Part shown: positions 31,128-41,054 of the stretch, piece by piece | How the letters are laid out: each line of letters begins with the position of its first letter | Numbering within the stretch: the stretch's first letter is position 1 | Assembly: GCA_965247095.1 (NCBI GenBank) | Contig: OZ251997.1 | Location: 1,792,001-1,856,000 of the forward strand | Direction of reading: 5' to 3' | DNA from: Candidatus Multivorans sp. | GTDB lineage: Bacteria > Acidobacteriota > Thermoanaerobaculia > Multivoradales > Multivoraceae | DNA: 64,000 bases | Notes under the pieces: generated by a model | Seen by the model: only the letters and a program-made list of their open reading frames with translations | Told to the model about the DNA's origin: nothing | The model's database searches: none | Translations under genes and position numbers: made by a program

Positions 31128-31573
31128 CCCTCCATCGCCCGGAACACCGGCACGACGACCTCGGGCATACGGCAGTGGTTGCCGGTTTCCTTGTCGACCC
31201 AGACGTGGTCGGTGCGGCCCTCCACCAGGACCCGGCCGCCCGTCTCGACCCGGTAGCCGAAGCTCATGGCGCGGCTCTTCAGTCGCTCGAGCCAGCAGCG
31301 GACGCGGACCGGGTCGCCGTAGAGGGCCGCACCCCGGTACTTGAGCTGGACGCCGGTGACCATCAGCCAGTAGCCATCGTCCTCCATGTTCCGGTAGGCC
31401 ATGCCCGCGATGCGGCAGTGGTGGGTCCGGGCCAGCTCGAACCACACCAGGTAGTTCGAGTGATGGACCACGCCCATCTGGTCCGTTTCCTTGTAACGGA
31501 CCTCGATGTCGACCTCGCTCGCCGGCACTTCGCGGCCAGTCGAGATCACTTCCGTGCCGGTCATTCCGTTCAT
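31124..31573 (-). CDS. YbgC/4HBT acyl-CoA thioesterase
   Basis: VRYKETDQMGVVHHSNYLVWFELAR. Confidence 0.92.
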   Translation of the reverse strand: MNGMTGTEVISTGREVPASEVDIEVRYKETDQMGVVHHSNYLVWFELARTHHCRIAGMAYRNMEDDGYWLMVTGVQLKYRGAALYGDPVRVRCWLERLKSRAMSFGYRVETGGRVLVEGRTDHVWVDKETGNHCRMPEVVVPVFRAMEG

Positions 31574-32322
31574 ATCGGGCCGCGACTGTAACGGAGAACG
31601 GTCGTGACGATCTTCCAGCCGGCTCGCACCGTACCGGCGAACGTGCCGGTGATCTTGGAAACGCCGGTACGGCGGCGGTAGCTGACCGGCGCCTCGACCA
31701 CCCGCAACCCCCTCCGCAGGGCCTTGACCTGCATCTCGGCCGTCCACCCGAAGTTCGGATCCCGCATCCGGAGCGACTCCAGGGCCGGCCACGCGACGGC
31801 GCGGAACGGTCCCAGGTCGGTGTAGCGGTGGCCGTAGAGCAGGCGCACGAGCAGGCAGGCGAAGCGGTTGCCCCACCGGGCCTGTGGCAGCAGGGCGCCC
31901 GGCTCGGCGGCGCCCAGCACCCGCGAACCGATGACGAGGTCCGCCTCGCCCCGCGCGATCGGCCCGACGAGCGCCGGCATCTCCTCGGGGTGGTCCGAGT
32001 AGTCGCCGTCCAGGAACGCGACGATCTGCGGCGGCCCGGTCCGGCGCACGTGATCGAGCGCCGCCAGGCAGGCGCTGCCGTAGCCCTGGACCGGCGCCGG
32101 CACGACCTCGGCGCCCGCTTGCCGTGCCCGAACGGCCGTCGCGTCGCGCGAGTTGTTGTCGGCGACGACGACCCGGCGCACGAGGCCCGGCGGGATGTCC
32201 GCGAGCACCAGCCCGATCGAATCCTCCTCGTTGTACGCCGGGATGACGACGTCGATCACGGCGGCGCCGGTCTCGGGCGCCGGCGCCGCGGCCCTCCGGT
32301 CGGCCGGCGTGTCGCCGGTCAC
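31570..32322 (-). CDS. Glycosyltransferase family 2
   Basis: VIPAYNEE, DNNSRD.T, FLDGDYSD. Confidence 0.93.
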   Translation of the reverse strand: MTGDTPADRRAAAPAPETGAAVIDVVIPAYNEEDSIGLVLADIPPGLVRRVVVADNNSRDATAVRARQAGAEVVPAPVQGYGSACLAALDHVRRTGPPQIVAFLDGDYSDHPEEMPALVGPIARGEADLVIGSRVLGAAEPGALLPQARWGNRFACLLVRLLYGHRYTDLGPFRAVAWPALESLRMRDPNFGWTAEMQVKALRRGLRVVEAPVSYRRRTGVSKITGTFAGTVRAGWKIVTTVLRYSRGPI

Positions 32323-33185
32323 AGCGTGACGCCGAAGCGGTTCCGCAGCGCGAACGCCAGCGCGATCGAGAGCACAAGGAACGCGATCAGCCAGTGGACG
32401 TCGAAGAGACCGAAGAACGAGATCGAGGCGGTCGGATACTGGACATCGATCCGCTCGACCGGCCCGTCCCCGGGAAGCGACGGCTCCGCCGGATAGAGCA
32501 ACTGGTCGAGGATCGCCGCCCGCCGCCGCGTCGGCGAACGGCGGACCCAGCGCGCGCCGCCCTCCGGGGCCTCAACGAAGAGGCTCTTGGTGAACTCCCC
32601 GCCGCCCGTGCGTAGGACCAGCTCGTGATGTCCCGGTTCAAGGGCGCGCAGCCGCCAGACGACCTGGCGCAGGCTCGGCACCCACACCGCCGGCGTTTCC
32701 ACCGCGACGCCCGGCGGCGTCTCGAGGTCGACCCCCGGCCGCGGCGCCGCTTCGCCGTCGGCCGCCGGTTCCGAAACCGGCCCTGCCAGATCGACGGTCA
32801 AGAGTGTTCGCTCGCCGACCTCCAGCCCGTCGTAGCCGTAGTGGAACTGGAGCTGGGCGATCACCAGCATGAAGGGCACGATCATCCACAACAGCGGCAC
32901 GAGGTTGAGCCGCAGGTAGGTCAGGTTCTCGCGCAGCAGCCGCAGTTGGGCTGCCAGCACCGCGCGCAGGTCGTCGTTGAACAGCCGCACCTCGAGCAGG
33001 TTCGCGAACAGGCGCCGTTTGACCAGGGCCAGGGCCTCCTGGTTCGAGGTCCAGCGGTAGACCAGCAACGCGAAGATGCCCGACACCAGCGCGACCAGCG
33101 TCACCGGCACGATCGGCGGCAGGGCCGCGAAGGGCCCGAGCAGCAGGTCGAAGACGGCCCTGAGAGCAGCGTTGACGAAGGACAT
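32319..33185 (-). CDS. Membrane protein, EMC3/TMCO1/DUF106-like
   Basis: TM1 - helical hairpin (TSNQEAL..VK) - TM2 (PLLWMIVPF) - soluble insert - TM3. Confidence 0.5.
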   Translation of the reverse strand: MSFVNAALRAVFDLLLGPFAALPPIVPVTLVALVSGIFALLVYRWTSNQEALALVKRRLFANLLEVRLFNDDLRAVLAAQLRLLRENLTYLRLNLVPLLWMIVPFMLVIAQLQFHYGYDGLEVGERTLLTVDLAGPVSEPAADGEAAPRPGVDLETPPGVAVETPAVWVPSLRQVVWRLRALEPGHHELVLRTGGGEFTKSLFVEAPEGGARWVRRSPTRRRAAILDQLLYPAEPSLPGDGPVERIDVQYPTASISFFGLFDVHWLIAFLVLSIALAFALRNRFGVTL

Positions 33186-33215
33186 TGGAAGCGGAGGCGG
33201 GACCGGTGATGGCCG

Positions 33216-33410
33216 CTAGGAGATGTACCCGAGGCCGCGGAGCCGCTTCTCGATCTCCTCCCTCGACTCGGCGCCCTCGAGCTTGGCCAGTTCTTTCTCC
33301 AGCGCGTGGGTGATGAACTCCTCGACCGACGAGTAGCCCGCGATGTCGCTGTAGCGCTTCACCCGCGCGATGAGTTCCTTGTCGAGCTTGACTTTGCCGC
33401 CGCCAAACAT
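33216..33410 (-). CDS. Small hypothetical protein (RHH-like N-terminus, RLRGLGYI tail)
   Basis: Good RBS; in operon between the phosphodiesterase-like and membrane genes. Confidence 0.75.
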   Translation of the reverse strand: MFGGGKVKLDKELIARVKRYSDIAGYSSVEEFITHALEKELAKLEGAESREEIEKRLRGLGYIS

Positions 33411-33437
33411 GCTTCTTCTCCTTCGCTGCCGTTGTGG

Positions 33438-35462
33438 CTACGAACCGCCGGATGCGGGCGAGACGCCCGCTGCCGCCGGCGGGAACTGCCCCAGGCCGTA
33501 CTCGGCCAGGATCGAGGCGGCGAGGTCGGTGATGCCCCGGGCCGGACGGTCGAGCGGCCGGCTGACCAGCAGCACCCCCGGCACGACCAGGTGGTCCATC
33601 ATGTGGTCGCCGCTCCAGGCGCTGTCGTTGTCGGTGAACACCTCGCCGACAACGCTCCCCGATGCCGATTCCGTCGCGCCCCGGTAGCCCTTGGCGTAAC
33701 CGACGATCAGGTCGGGACCGATCGGGCTCTGGTCCTGGAACGCGAAGTCGTCCCGACGCTGGACCTCAGTGACCGCGTTCTCGCCGGTTTCCGGATCGAC
33801 CGCCGCCAGCAGTTCCGTTCTCAGTTCCTCGATCAGTTCGAGCCGCTCCGCCGCCGTCACGATGCCGTCCCGCTCGCGGCCGCGCAGGTTGACGTAGAGA
33901 CCCGAGAAGCCGATGCCGTAGGCCCGGGTGCGTCCCCAGTCGGCGTTCGCCAGGAAACCGGGGTCGGCGTATGGATCCGGGTTCTTGGCCGCCAAGTAGC
34001 CCTTCTCAAGCAGCCAGGCATTGAGGTGGAAGGCCCGACGCCAGGAGGCGAACCCGTGGTCCGACATGACGATGAGCAGGGGCTCTTCACCGCCGCCGTC
34101 GCCGAGGCCGGCTTCGGCTTCGAGACGATCCAGCGTCTGTCCGACGATCGCGTCGAGTCCCTCATACAGGCTCGGGATCAGGTCGGCATCGGCGGCGTCG
34201 ACCTCCGGGTCGTAGGCCGGGTGGTCCGGATCGCGCGAACGCCAGCGCACGTGGCCGATCTGGTCGACGTTGCCGAAGTAGTAGAAGAGCAGGCCCCCCG
34301 GCTGCTCCAGGTACTGGTCCAGCACGTAGCCGTACTGCTCAGAGACCTCCTCGCCGGCGATCTTCGCCTGGGCCAGGAACTCCTCCGGAGTGAAGACGCC
34401 GTCGGTCAGCGTCTTCGTGTCCTCCGGCATGCCCTCGGTGTAGAAGCGGTCCACCGCTTCGGCGAGTTCCGCGGCGAAGTCCGGCGGCGTCGAGATGGGC
34501 GCCGCGGGCGCCATCGGATCGTGATCGATCGGACTCACGTAGAGCTCGAATTCCGGTTCGAGCGCCCGCAGGTACATGCGGCAGATGCCCCGCAGGTGCT
34601 GAGTCGGCATCATCTCGAAATCGACCTCGAGCCAGTCGCTCCACTCCCCCACCCGGAGCACGATCTGCTGGTCGCCGACCTCGATCTTGGCGCTCTCGGT
34701 TTCCGGATCGAGGTAGACCGTGAAGGGGGCCGTCAACTGCTTCGGCTCACGCAGCAGCGGGTTGTCGGGTCCCAGCAGTTCGGCCTCGACGACGTTGTCG
34801 TAGATGTCCAACTCGACGATGTCGCCGCCGGTGATGTCCTGGTCCGCGAATGCGAACAGCTCCGAGGTGTAGAAGGTGAACCAGCCCTCCGTGCCGCGGA
34901 CATCCGTCGTGCCCATGCCCGAGAGTTCGCGGCTTGCCGTGCCCGAGACCGGGAAGTTGGCCGGCATGCGGATGATCTGTGTCCGCACGCCGTGCTCCTC
35001 CAAGACCTCCCAGAACGGGGTGCCGTGCCGGAACTGCGTGTAGTCGCCGCTCGTGAGCGGGAACTGCCAGCGCCCCACCTTCAGGGAACGGCCGTCCGAC
35101 GACGATCCAGCGGTCGAAGAGTACGGAAACATCGTCTCCGGGTCGCGGTGCAGAAAGTCGAAGATGCCGTGACCGCCGGGGTCCATGCCGGTGATGAAAC
35201 TCGACCAGGCGACCGGGCTGTGCGGCGGAATCGTCGTCTCGAGCGGCGTGAAGCCCCCCATGGCTTCCAGGCGGGCGAAGTTCGGCAGTCGGCCCTCGTC
35301 GATCAACTGGCGGGTGAGCGCGTAGTCGAGGCCGTCGAAGCCGAGGACGACGACCTTCGGCCCCTCGGACGGGCCTACTCCCCGGTCGCCACAGCCGAGA
35401 AGCAGCCCCGAGCCGACCAGCGCCGCTGCCGTCAACGCCGCAGTCTTCATGAATCGGTTCAC
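33438..35462 (-). CDS. Alkaline-phosphatase-superfamily (phosphodiesterase-like) lipoprotein
   Basis: Lipobox LLLGC, VLGFDG, PPHSPVAW, MSDHGF, WSGDH. Confidence 0.88.
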   Translation of the reverse strand: MNRFMKTAALTAAALVGSGLLLGCGDRGVGPSEGPKVVVLGFDGLDYALTRQLIDEGRLPNFARLEAMGGFTPLETTIPPHSPVAWSSFITGMDPGGHGIFDFLHRDPETMFPYSSTAGSSSDGRSLKVGRWQFPLTSGDYTQFRHGTPFWEVLEEHGVRTQIIRMPANFPVSGTASRELSGMGTTDVRGTEGWFTFYTSELFAFADQDITGGDIVELDIYDNVVEAELLGPDNPLLREPKQLTAPFTVYLDPETESAKIEVGDQQIVLRVGEWSDWLEVDFEMMPTQHLRGICRMYLRALEPEFELYVSPIDHDPMAPAAPISTPPDFAAELAEAVDRFYTEGMPEDTKTLTDGVFTPEEFLAQAKIAGEEVSEQYGYVLDQYLEQPGGLLFYYFGNVDQIGHVRWRSRDPDHPAYDPEVDAADADLIPSLYEGLDAIVGQTLDRLEAEAGLGDGGGEEPLLIVMSDHGFASWRRAFHLNAWLLEKGYLAAKNPDPYADPGFLANADWGRTRAYGIGFSGLYVNLRGRERDGIVTAAERLELIEELRTELLAAVDPETGENAVTEVQRRDDFAFQDQSPIGPDLIVGYAKGYRGATESASGSVVGEVFTDNDSAWSGDHMMDHLVVPGVLLVSRPLDRPARGITDLAASILAEYGLGQFPPAAAGVSPASGGS

Positions 35463-37609
35463 GCCGCGGCTCCCTCCGCGCGGCTGCCGCCTGCTGCCGC
35501 GAGATCGAAGACCGACCGACCCTCCATGTAGTCCGGCTTGTCGACGCCGAACAGCGCCAGAGCGGTGGGCGCCATGTCGAGCAGGGAGAGATCGTCATCC
35601 CGGTCGACCGGCCGGCTGCTGAAGAACACGCCGGGCACGAGACTTGGATCGACGCAGTGGTCGCCGCTCCAGGCCTTCGTGTTGTCCGCGAACACCGGGC
35701 CCGCGACCACGCCGACGGCGCAGTCCCAGGACACGCGGTAGCCGTCGTTGTAGCCGATGATGAGGTCGGGGGCATTGCCCTTGTAGGGACCGGTGTACAG
35801 GTCCTCGGAGTCGAACGCGGCATTGATGCCGACCGCGGCCCGCTCCTCGTCGCGCAGACCGTTCCAGGCCGAGACGAGTTCGCCCTTGAGCGCCCGCGCC
35901 TCGTCGCCCGGTTCCACGATGCCGGAGGCCTCGCGGCCCTTGAGATTCAGGAACACGCCGGCGAGACCGAGCGCGTAGGCCCGCGTGCGCGACCAGTCGA
36001 CGCCCTCCAACCATTCCTCGCTGCCGTCGGCGTCCTCGCGCAGCACCAGGTAGCCGTGGTCGAGCAGCCAGCGGTTCAGGTTGACGCCGCGCCGGAAGGA
36101 GGCGAAGCCGTGGTCGGAGAGCACGATCAGGAGATCGTCGTCGCCGAGTTTCTCCATCACCCGCCCGACCAGAGCGTCGTTGTGACGGTAGTGCTCTTCG
36201 ATCGCGTGGCGGTGCTTGCCGCCGTTCCCGCCCTTGGCCGCCGGATGGCCGTTCTCCATGTAGCGCCAGAACATGTGCTGGATGCGGTCGGTGGCGTCGA
36301 ACACGCAGGTCAAACTCCCCTGCCGCAGACGCTCCAGAGCGGCAAAGAACATCTCCTCGCGCTCGCGGTCGATGTCGTACGCCTGCTGGAGGAAGGTCGC
36401 GTCGTCGGTCACGCCCTCGTTGAGCGCGGTGGTGTCCTCCGCGAGACCGAGCGTGGCGAAGTCGCCGAGGCGCTTGGCCAGGTACGGCGCGTAGTAGGAG
36501 GGGTGCGAGATCGGCATCGCCGGCTTCTCGGGGTCGATGTGGATCGCGGTCAGGTACAGGGAGGTGTGCTTGCCGGCCTCGGTCAGCATCATCCGGGTCA
36601 GGCCGTGGACCTTGACCCCAGGCGCGGCCCGGAACTCCAGCCGCACCCAGGCGGAGAGCTCTCCACGCTTGAGTTCGACCGTCTCGCCCGCCACCGTCAC
36701 CGTCGCCGACTCGGACTTCCGGTCAACCCGCACCGTCATCGGCACACGCAGCGGCGGCGGCGGGTCACCCTCGAGGAAGCTGTTCTCGGGCCCCTCGACC
36801 ACGCAGTCGAAGTGGTCGGGGCCGGCGCCGTTCGAGGCCAGCGGCACGCGCACGCCGCCCTCCCGGATCGTCTCGTTCGCCGGACGCGTCGTGTAGAGCA
36901 GGAAGGTGCCCTGGCTGCCGACCAGGTCCGGCACGCACATCGCCGCCAACTGGGCGCCGTAGAAGCGGTCCGGCGGGAAGGTGATCGGAACCCGGAGCAC
37001 GGTGCTCCAGACGTTCCGTTCGCCCAGCACGGTCCAGAACGGCTTCGACCGCCGGAGCAGGCGAATCTCCGGCTTCTGCAGCGGGATCTTCCACTTGCCG
37101 AGCTTCAGGAACCGCTCCACGCGGCCGATGTGGGCCGAGGACAGCTTCGGCAGGTAGCTGCGCAGGTCGCGGTCGAGGAAGTCGAAGATGTTGTGCTTGC
37201 CTGGATTGGCGCCGGTCGCGAACGTCGACCAGGCGACCGGCGACAGCGCCGGGTAGGTGCTGGCGATCCGCCGGTAGCTTCCCTGCCCGCTGAGGCGCTT
37301 GAAGTTGGGCAGCTTGCCCTCCTTCATCATGCGTTCCGTCAGCCGCGGATCCTGGCCGTCGAGACCGACGAAGACCAGCCGCTTCACATGCGCCTTCGGC
37401 GGCTTCTTCCGCCGGATGACCCGCCACAGCGTCCGCACCGGCCAGGCCAGAAGCGAGACGAACGCCAACGCCACCGTCGCCAGCAGCACCAGGAACGACG
37501 ACATGAGCGCGAACCCTGCCCCCGGGCCGATGTAGGCAGCCGCCGGCGCCGCCGCGAAGAGCGCCGCAAGGAGCGCCGGCGCGAGGGTGCTTGGACGCAA
37601 AGCTGGCAT
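35459..37609 (-). CDS. Alkaline-phosphatase-superfamily (phosphodiesterase-like) membrane protein
   Basis: AAAYIGPGAG plus TM segment, VGLDG, PALSPVAW, LSDHGF, WSGDH. Confidence 0.88.
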   Translation of the reverse strand: MPALRPSTLAPALLAALFAAAPAAAYIGPGAGFALMSSFLVLLATVALAFVSLLAWPVRTLWRVIRRKKPPKAHVKRLVFVGLDGQDPRLTERMMKEGKLPNFKRLSGQGSYRRIASTYPALSPVAWSTFATGANPGKHNIFDFLDRDLRSYLPKLSSAHIGRVERFLKLGKWKIPLQKPEIRLLRRSKPFWTVLGERNVWSTVLRVPITFPPDRFYGAQLAAMCVPDLVGSQGTFLLYTTRPANETIREGGVRVPLASNGAGPDHFDCVVEGPENSFLEGDPPPPLRVPMTVRVDRKSESATVTVAGETVELKRGELSAWVRLEFRAAPGVKVHGLTRMMLTEAGKHTSLYLTAIHIDPEKPAMPISHPSYYAPYLAKRLGDFATLGLAEDTTALNEGVTDDATFLQQAYDIDREREEMFFAALERLRQGSLTCVFDATDRIQHMFWRYMENGHPAAKGGNGGKHRHAIEEHYRHNDALVGRVMEKLGDDDLLIVLSDHGFASFRRGVNLNRWLLDHGYLVLREDADGSEEWLEGVDWSRTRAYALGLAGVFLNLKGREASGIVEPGDEARALKGELVSAWNGLRDEERAAVGINAAFDSEDLYTGPYKGNAPDLIIGYNDGYRVSWDCAVGVVAGPVFADNTKAWSGDHCVDPSLVPGVFFSSRPVDRDDDLSLLDMAPTALALFGVDKPDYMEGRSVFDLAAAGGSRAEGAAA

Positions 37610-37783
37610 GTTCTCCGGATTCCAGATGGTCGTGGCTGAACCGAGAGCCGGCGCTCCCCGATCGGTCGTCTTGGCGCGGCTCGACGCGGACCGGCATTCT
37701 ATCCGCGCCAGCAACGCTGAACCGATCAACTGCATCGTGCACCAGCTTGCCCATACTCGGCTAGCTGGCTAGTATGGGTCGCC

Positions 37784-38023
37784 ATGAAGACCACGGTCGA
37801 GATCCACGATGTCTTGCTCGAACGAGCCAAACGCCATGCGAAGGCCACTGGCCAGCCGTTGCGTGCCGTGATCGAAGATGGCCTCCGGCAACTGCTGGCG
37901 AAGCCCAAGCCGACAACGAAGTACCGGATGAAGGACGCACGTTACGGGAATCCTGGAGACCCCGACCCACTGAGCCGCTATTCCTGGGACGAAGTCCTCG
38001 ACATCATCTACGGTGGCAGATAG
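37784..38023 (+). CDS. vapB: VapB-type RHH antitoxin
   Basis: MKTTVEIHDVLL.RAK; directly upstream of a PIN gene. Confidence 0.85.
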   Translation: MKTTVEIHDVLLERAKRHAKATGQPLRAVIEDGLRQLLAKPKPTTKYRMKDARYGNPGDPDPLSRYSWDEVLDIIYGGR

Positions 38024-38028
38024 CGCCG

Positions 38029-38469
38029 TTGATCGCTCTGGACACGAATCTCCTCGTGTACGCACACCGGTTCGACAGCGAGGTCAACGAAGAAGCGCTG
38101 GCAGTAGTCCAAGGCTACGCCGAAGGCGACGAGCCATGGGCCATCCCGTGGCCCTGCTGCTGCGAGTTCCTGAGCGTGGTGACGAACCGTCGGCTCTGGC
38201 GCCGGACCGCGACACCGATGGAGGCGGCCTGGCGTCAACTGCAGATCTGGGCCTCGTCCCCATCCGTCCGCCTCCTCGCCGAGACGGAGGACTTCCTTCC
38301 CGTCTTTGGTCGCCTGGTGGCGCATCCGCGGATCACCGGTCCGAGGGTCCACGACGCCCGTATCGCCGCGATCTGCATTGCGCACGGGGTGAGCGAACTC
38401 CTGACCCGCGACCGTGACTTCGCCCACTTTCACGAGTTGCGCGTCCGAGATCCGCTCGTAGCGGCTTGA
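38029..38469 (+). CDS. vapC: VapC PIN-domain toxin
   Basis: LDTNLLVYA, EFL, HDARIAA, TRDRDF; TTG start. Confidence 0.9.
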   Translation: MIALDTNLLVYAHRFDSEVNEEALAVVQGYAEGDEPWAIPWPCCCEFLSVVTNRRLWRRTATPMEAAWRQLQIWASSPSVRLLAETEDFLPVFGRLVAHPRITGPRVHDARIAAICIAHGVSELLTRDRDFAHFHELRVRDPLVAA

Positions 38470-39089
38470 TGACGGCCGTTACCCGAGTCTGGCGCCGGCT
38501 CCGCTACGGCCGGCCGATCGTCGTCGTCTCCGGCCTGCCGCGGTCGGGCACGTCAATGGCGATGAAGATGCTCGAGGCCGGCGGGATGCAGATCGTGACC
38601 GACGGCGAGCGGGAAGCGGACGCGGACAACCCGCGCGGCTACTACGAGGACGAACGGGTCAAGGACCTCTCCAAAGCAACCGACAAGGCATGGCTGCGGG
38701 CATCACGCGGCCGCGCGGTCAAGGTCATCTCCTTCCTGCTGAAGGACCTGCCACCGAACCTGAACTACAAGGTCATCTTCATGCGCCGCGACCTCAGCGA
38801 AGTGCTGGCCTCCCAGCGCAAGATGCTCGACCGGCGCGGCGAGACGGACGACACGCCGGACGAGCGAATGATCGAGCTCTGGCAGGACCAACTGTGGCGG
38901 GCGAACTATCTGCTACGCCACGGTCCCCAGTTCGAGTGGGTCGAGATCGGGTACCGCGACGCGCTGCAGGACCCCGCAGCGGCGGCGGCACGGATCAGCG
39001 CACTGGTCGACGGGCTGGATGAGCGGGCGATGGCTGAGGTGGTCGATCCCTCGCTGTACCGGAACCGGGCCCGAATCCAAGCTCCCTGA
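38469..39089 (+). CDS. Sulfotransferase family protein
   Basis: PAPS-binding SGLPRSGTS and FMRRD..EVLASQ. Confidence 0.88.
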   Translation: MTAVTRVWRRLRYGRPIVVVSGLPRSGTSMAMKMLEAGGMQIVTDGEREADADNPRGYYEDERVKDLSKATDKAWLRASRGRAVKVISFLLKDLPPNLNYKVIFMRRDLSEVLASQRKMLDRRGETDDTPDERMIELWQDQLWRANYLLRHGPQFEWVEIGYRDALQDPAAAAARISALVDGLDERAMAEVVDPSLYRNRARIQAP

Positions 39090-39260
39090 ACACCATCACC
39101 TGCTTGCATCTCGGGCAGGCGACGGTCCCTGATCGGCGGCTTCAGGCTGTCCCTCCGATCTGGCGCCCATAGCCGATCTGCTATCTTGACCCCGCCCCAG
39201 TCGCTCGCTGGCAGAGCAGGCGTCGACCGGTGGGCGCAACTGACGAGAAGGAGCACCGCG

Positions 39261-39926
39261 ATGCAGCACGGAATAGAACCGCGCTACCGCCTCGCGGAGG
39301 CAGCGACGATCATCGGGATGCCTACGCCCACGCTGCGGACTTGGTTCTGCGGATGGCCAAGCGGGAAGCCTCCAGTCTTGGTCCCTGATGGAGCCACCGA
39401 AAGCCCGCTGATCATCAGCTTCTTCAACGTGGTTGAGGCACGCTTCCTCAACGCCTATCGGCGGAGAGGTGTCTCCATGCAACGAGTCCGCCGGGCGTTG
39501 GACTTCGTCAGTGCACGGCTGCCCGGCTTCGAGCGGCCGCTCCTGAAGCCCGACTTTGAAACCGATGGAAAGGCCCTCTTTGTCGAACTGCAGGAAACCG
39601 GCAAAGCGCCCACACTCTTGGAGGCCAGCGGCGGCGGTCAACTCGTCTGGCCGGAGGCGGTTCAGAAGCACTTCCAGTCGCTCGACTTCGACGACCGTGG
39701 TGATCCCACTCGGCTGTGGCTGGATAACCGACGACAGGTGATGCTGGATCCGCGTTTCGGCTGGGGTTTGCCGGTCATCGCGGGATCCGGGGTCCGAACC
39801 GATGTCGTCTTCGAGCGCTTGGAAGCGGGCGAAGAGTTGGACACCATCGCCGAGGACTTCTCGGTCGAGCTGTCCGAGGTCGAAGCAGCCGTCGCTTGGG
39901 AACAAGCGGCCAGACGCGCGGCGTAG
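39261..39926 (+). CDS. DUF433 (VapB45-like) antitoxin
   Basis: N-terminal HTH and DPRFGWGLPVIAGSGV; AAGGAG RBS. Confidence 0.88.
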   Translation: MQHGIEPRYRLAEAATIIGMPTPTLRTWFCGWPSGKPPVLVPDGATESPLIISFFNVVEARFLNAYRRRGVSMQRVRRALDFVSARLPGFERPLLKPDFETDGKALFVELQETGKAPTLLEASGGGQLVWPEAVQKHFQSLDFDDRGDPTRLWLDNRRQVMLDPRFGWGLPVIAGSGVRTDVVFERLEAGEELDTIAEDFSVELSEVEAAVAWEQAARRAA

Positions 39927-39957
39927 ATCGCCCCGAGCGCTAGGCGGGCGATCTTCC

Positions 39958-40050
39958 ATGCAGACTGCCCGGGACGACGACTGCGCCGGCGTGACGCTCT
40001 TCTTCGACCGCTCGGTTGGCAAGGCGGTACCCGAGGCCCTACGACCGACG
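39958..40050 (+). pseudogene. Truncated VapC45-like PIN toxin
   Basis: TLFFDRSVGKAVPEALR resembles the VapC45 N-terminus, then similarity stops. Confidence 0.6.
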
Positions 40051-40085
40051 GAACTCAGTTCAGGAACGCTGCCTGATCAAATCGC

Positions 40086-40500
40086 CTACCCACAGTTTTC
40101 GGCCCTATCTCCGATTTCTCGCATTTCTGGGCTCCCCTCAGGCGGAAGATAGAGTCTAAAGTCAAAGAAGCGTACTCTCTGCACGTCAGACATTGCGATC
40201 GCGATACGCATCTTGGCTACTTCGGCCGGCCAATCCTGATCTGGGCGCGCCTCAAGGCCCTCCTCCTCAGCTTGGGTGACCTCTTCGTCCTGCTTCGAGA
40301 GTTTGGCTAGGTGCTTCGCGTATCGCGACGTAAAGATCAGTTCTCCTCGGTCGTCCCGGTAACCGCTCAACAACGGGAGCAGGGCCAGTTCCGCGTCTTC
40401 CGCACCGCGTCTCGCGATTCCGCTGTCAAGTACGTACCCGACGTACGTCTTGTCATCGCGCAACGTGACTTCAATGAGATCGCCCTCTTCCTGCCCTCTC
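40086..40500 (-). pseudogene. 5'-truncated hypothetical gene
   Basis: Protein-like frame (IEVTLRDDKTYVG, LLPLLSGYRD) that begins at the IS3 end. Confidence 0.6.
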
Positions 40501-40568
40501 TGCCAACGTACGTGACACAGCGGCCATCCCGTTGAATAGTGGAGGGCACACGTTGGCAAGGAGGATCA

Positions 40569-41054
40569 ATGTCAAGACGAGAGCAGAGGTTTGGCGGCGG
40601 CTCGGAGCTCCCGGCCGCGGGGGTTGAGGAGCGTAGCGACGAGGCCCCCGCGGCCGGCGCGGCGCCCGCCGGGGCGGTTCCCGACCCGGAAGTGCTGGCG
40701 AGACCGACCAGGCGGCAGTTCACGGCGGAGTACCGGCTGCGGATTCTGGAGGAAGCGGACCGATGCACCCACCGCGGCGAGGTGGGTCGGCTGCTGCGGC
40801 GAGAGGGTCTGTACAGCTCCCATCTGGCCAACTGGCGCAAGGCGCGGCGCGAGGGCGCGCTTTCCGGTCTGAGGCCGAAGAAGCGGGGCCGCAAGCCGAA
40901 CGAGGCCAACCCTCTGATGCCGAAGGTGAAGCGGCTGGAAGCGAAGGTCAAGCGTCTCGAGAGGGAAGTCGCCGCCGCGCACACGATCCTGGACGTCCAG
41001 GGAAAAGTTGCAGGGCTGCTGGGATTCAGCCTCGAAGACGGGAAGGACTGCTGA
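40569..41054 (+). CDS. IS3 OrfA
   Basis: RRQFTAEYRLRIL HTH region and coiled coil. Confidence 0.9.
   Translation: MSRREQRFGGGSELPAAGVEERSDEAPAAGAAPAGAVPDPEVLARPTRRQFTAEYRLRILEEADRCTHRGEVGRLLRREGLYSSHLANWRKARREGALSGLRPKKRGRKPNEANPLMPKVKRLEAKVKRLEREVAAAHTILDVQGKVAGLLGFSLEDGKDC
41000..41006 (+). other. -1 frameshift slippery heptamer G-GGA-AAA
   Basis: X XXY YYZ motif in the OrfA frame; OrfB is in the -1 frame and open at this position. Confidence 0.7.
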
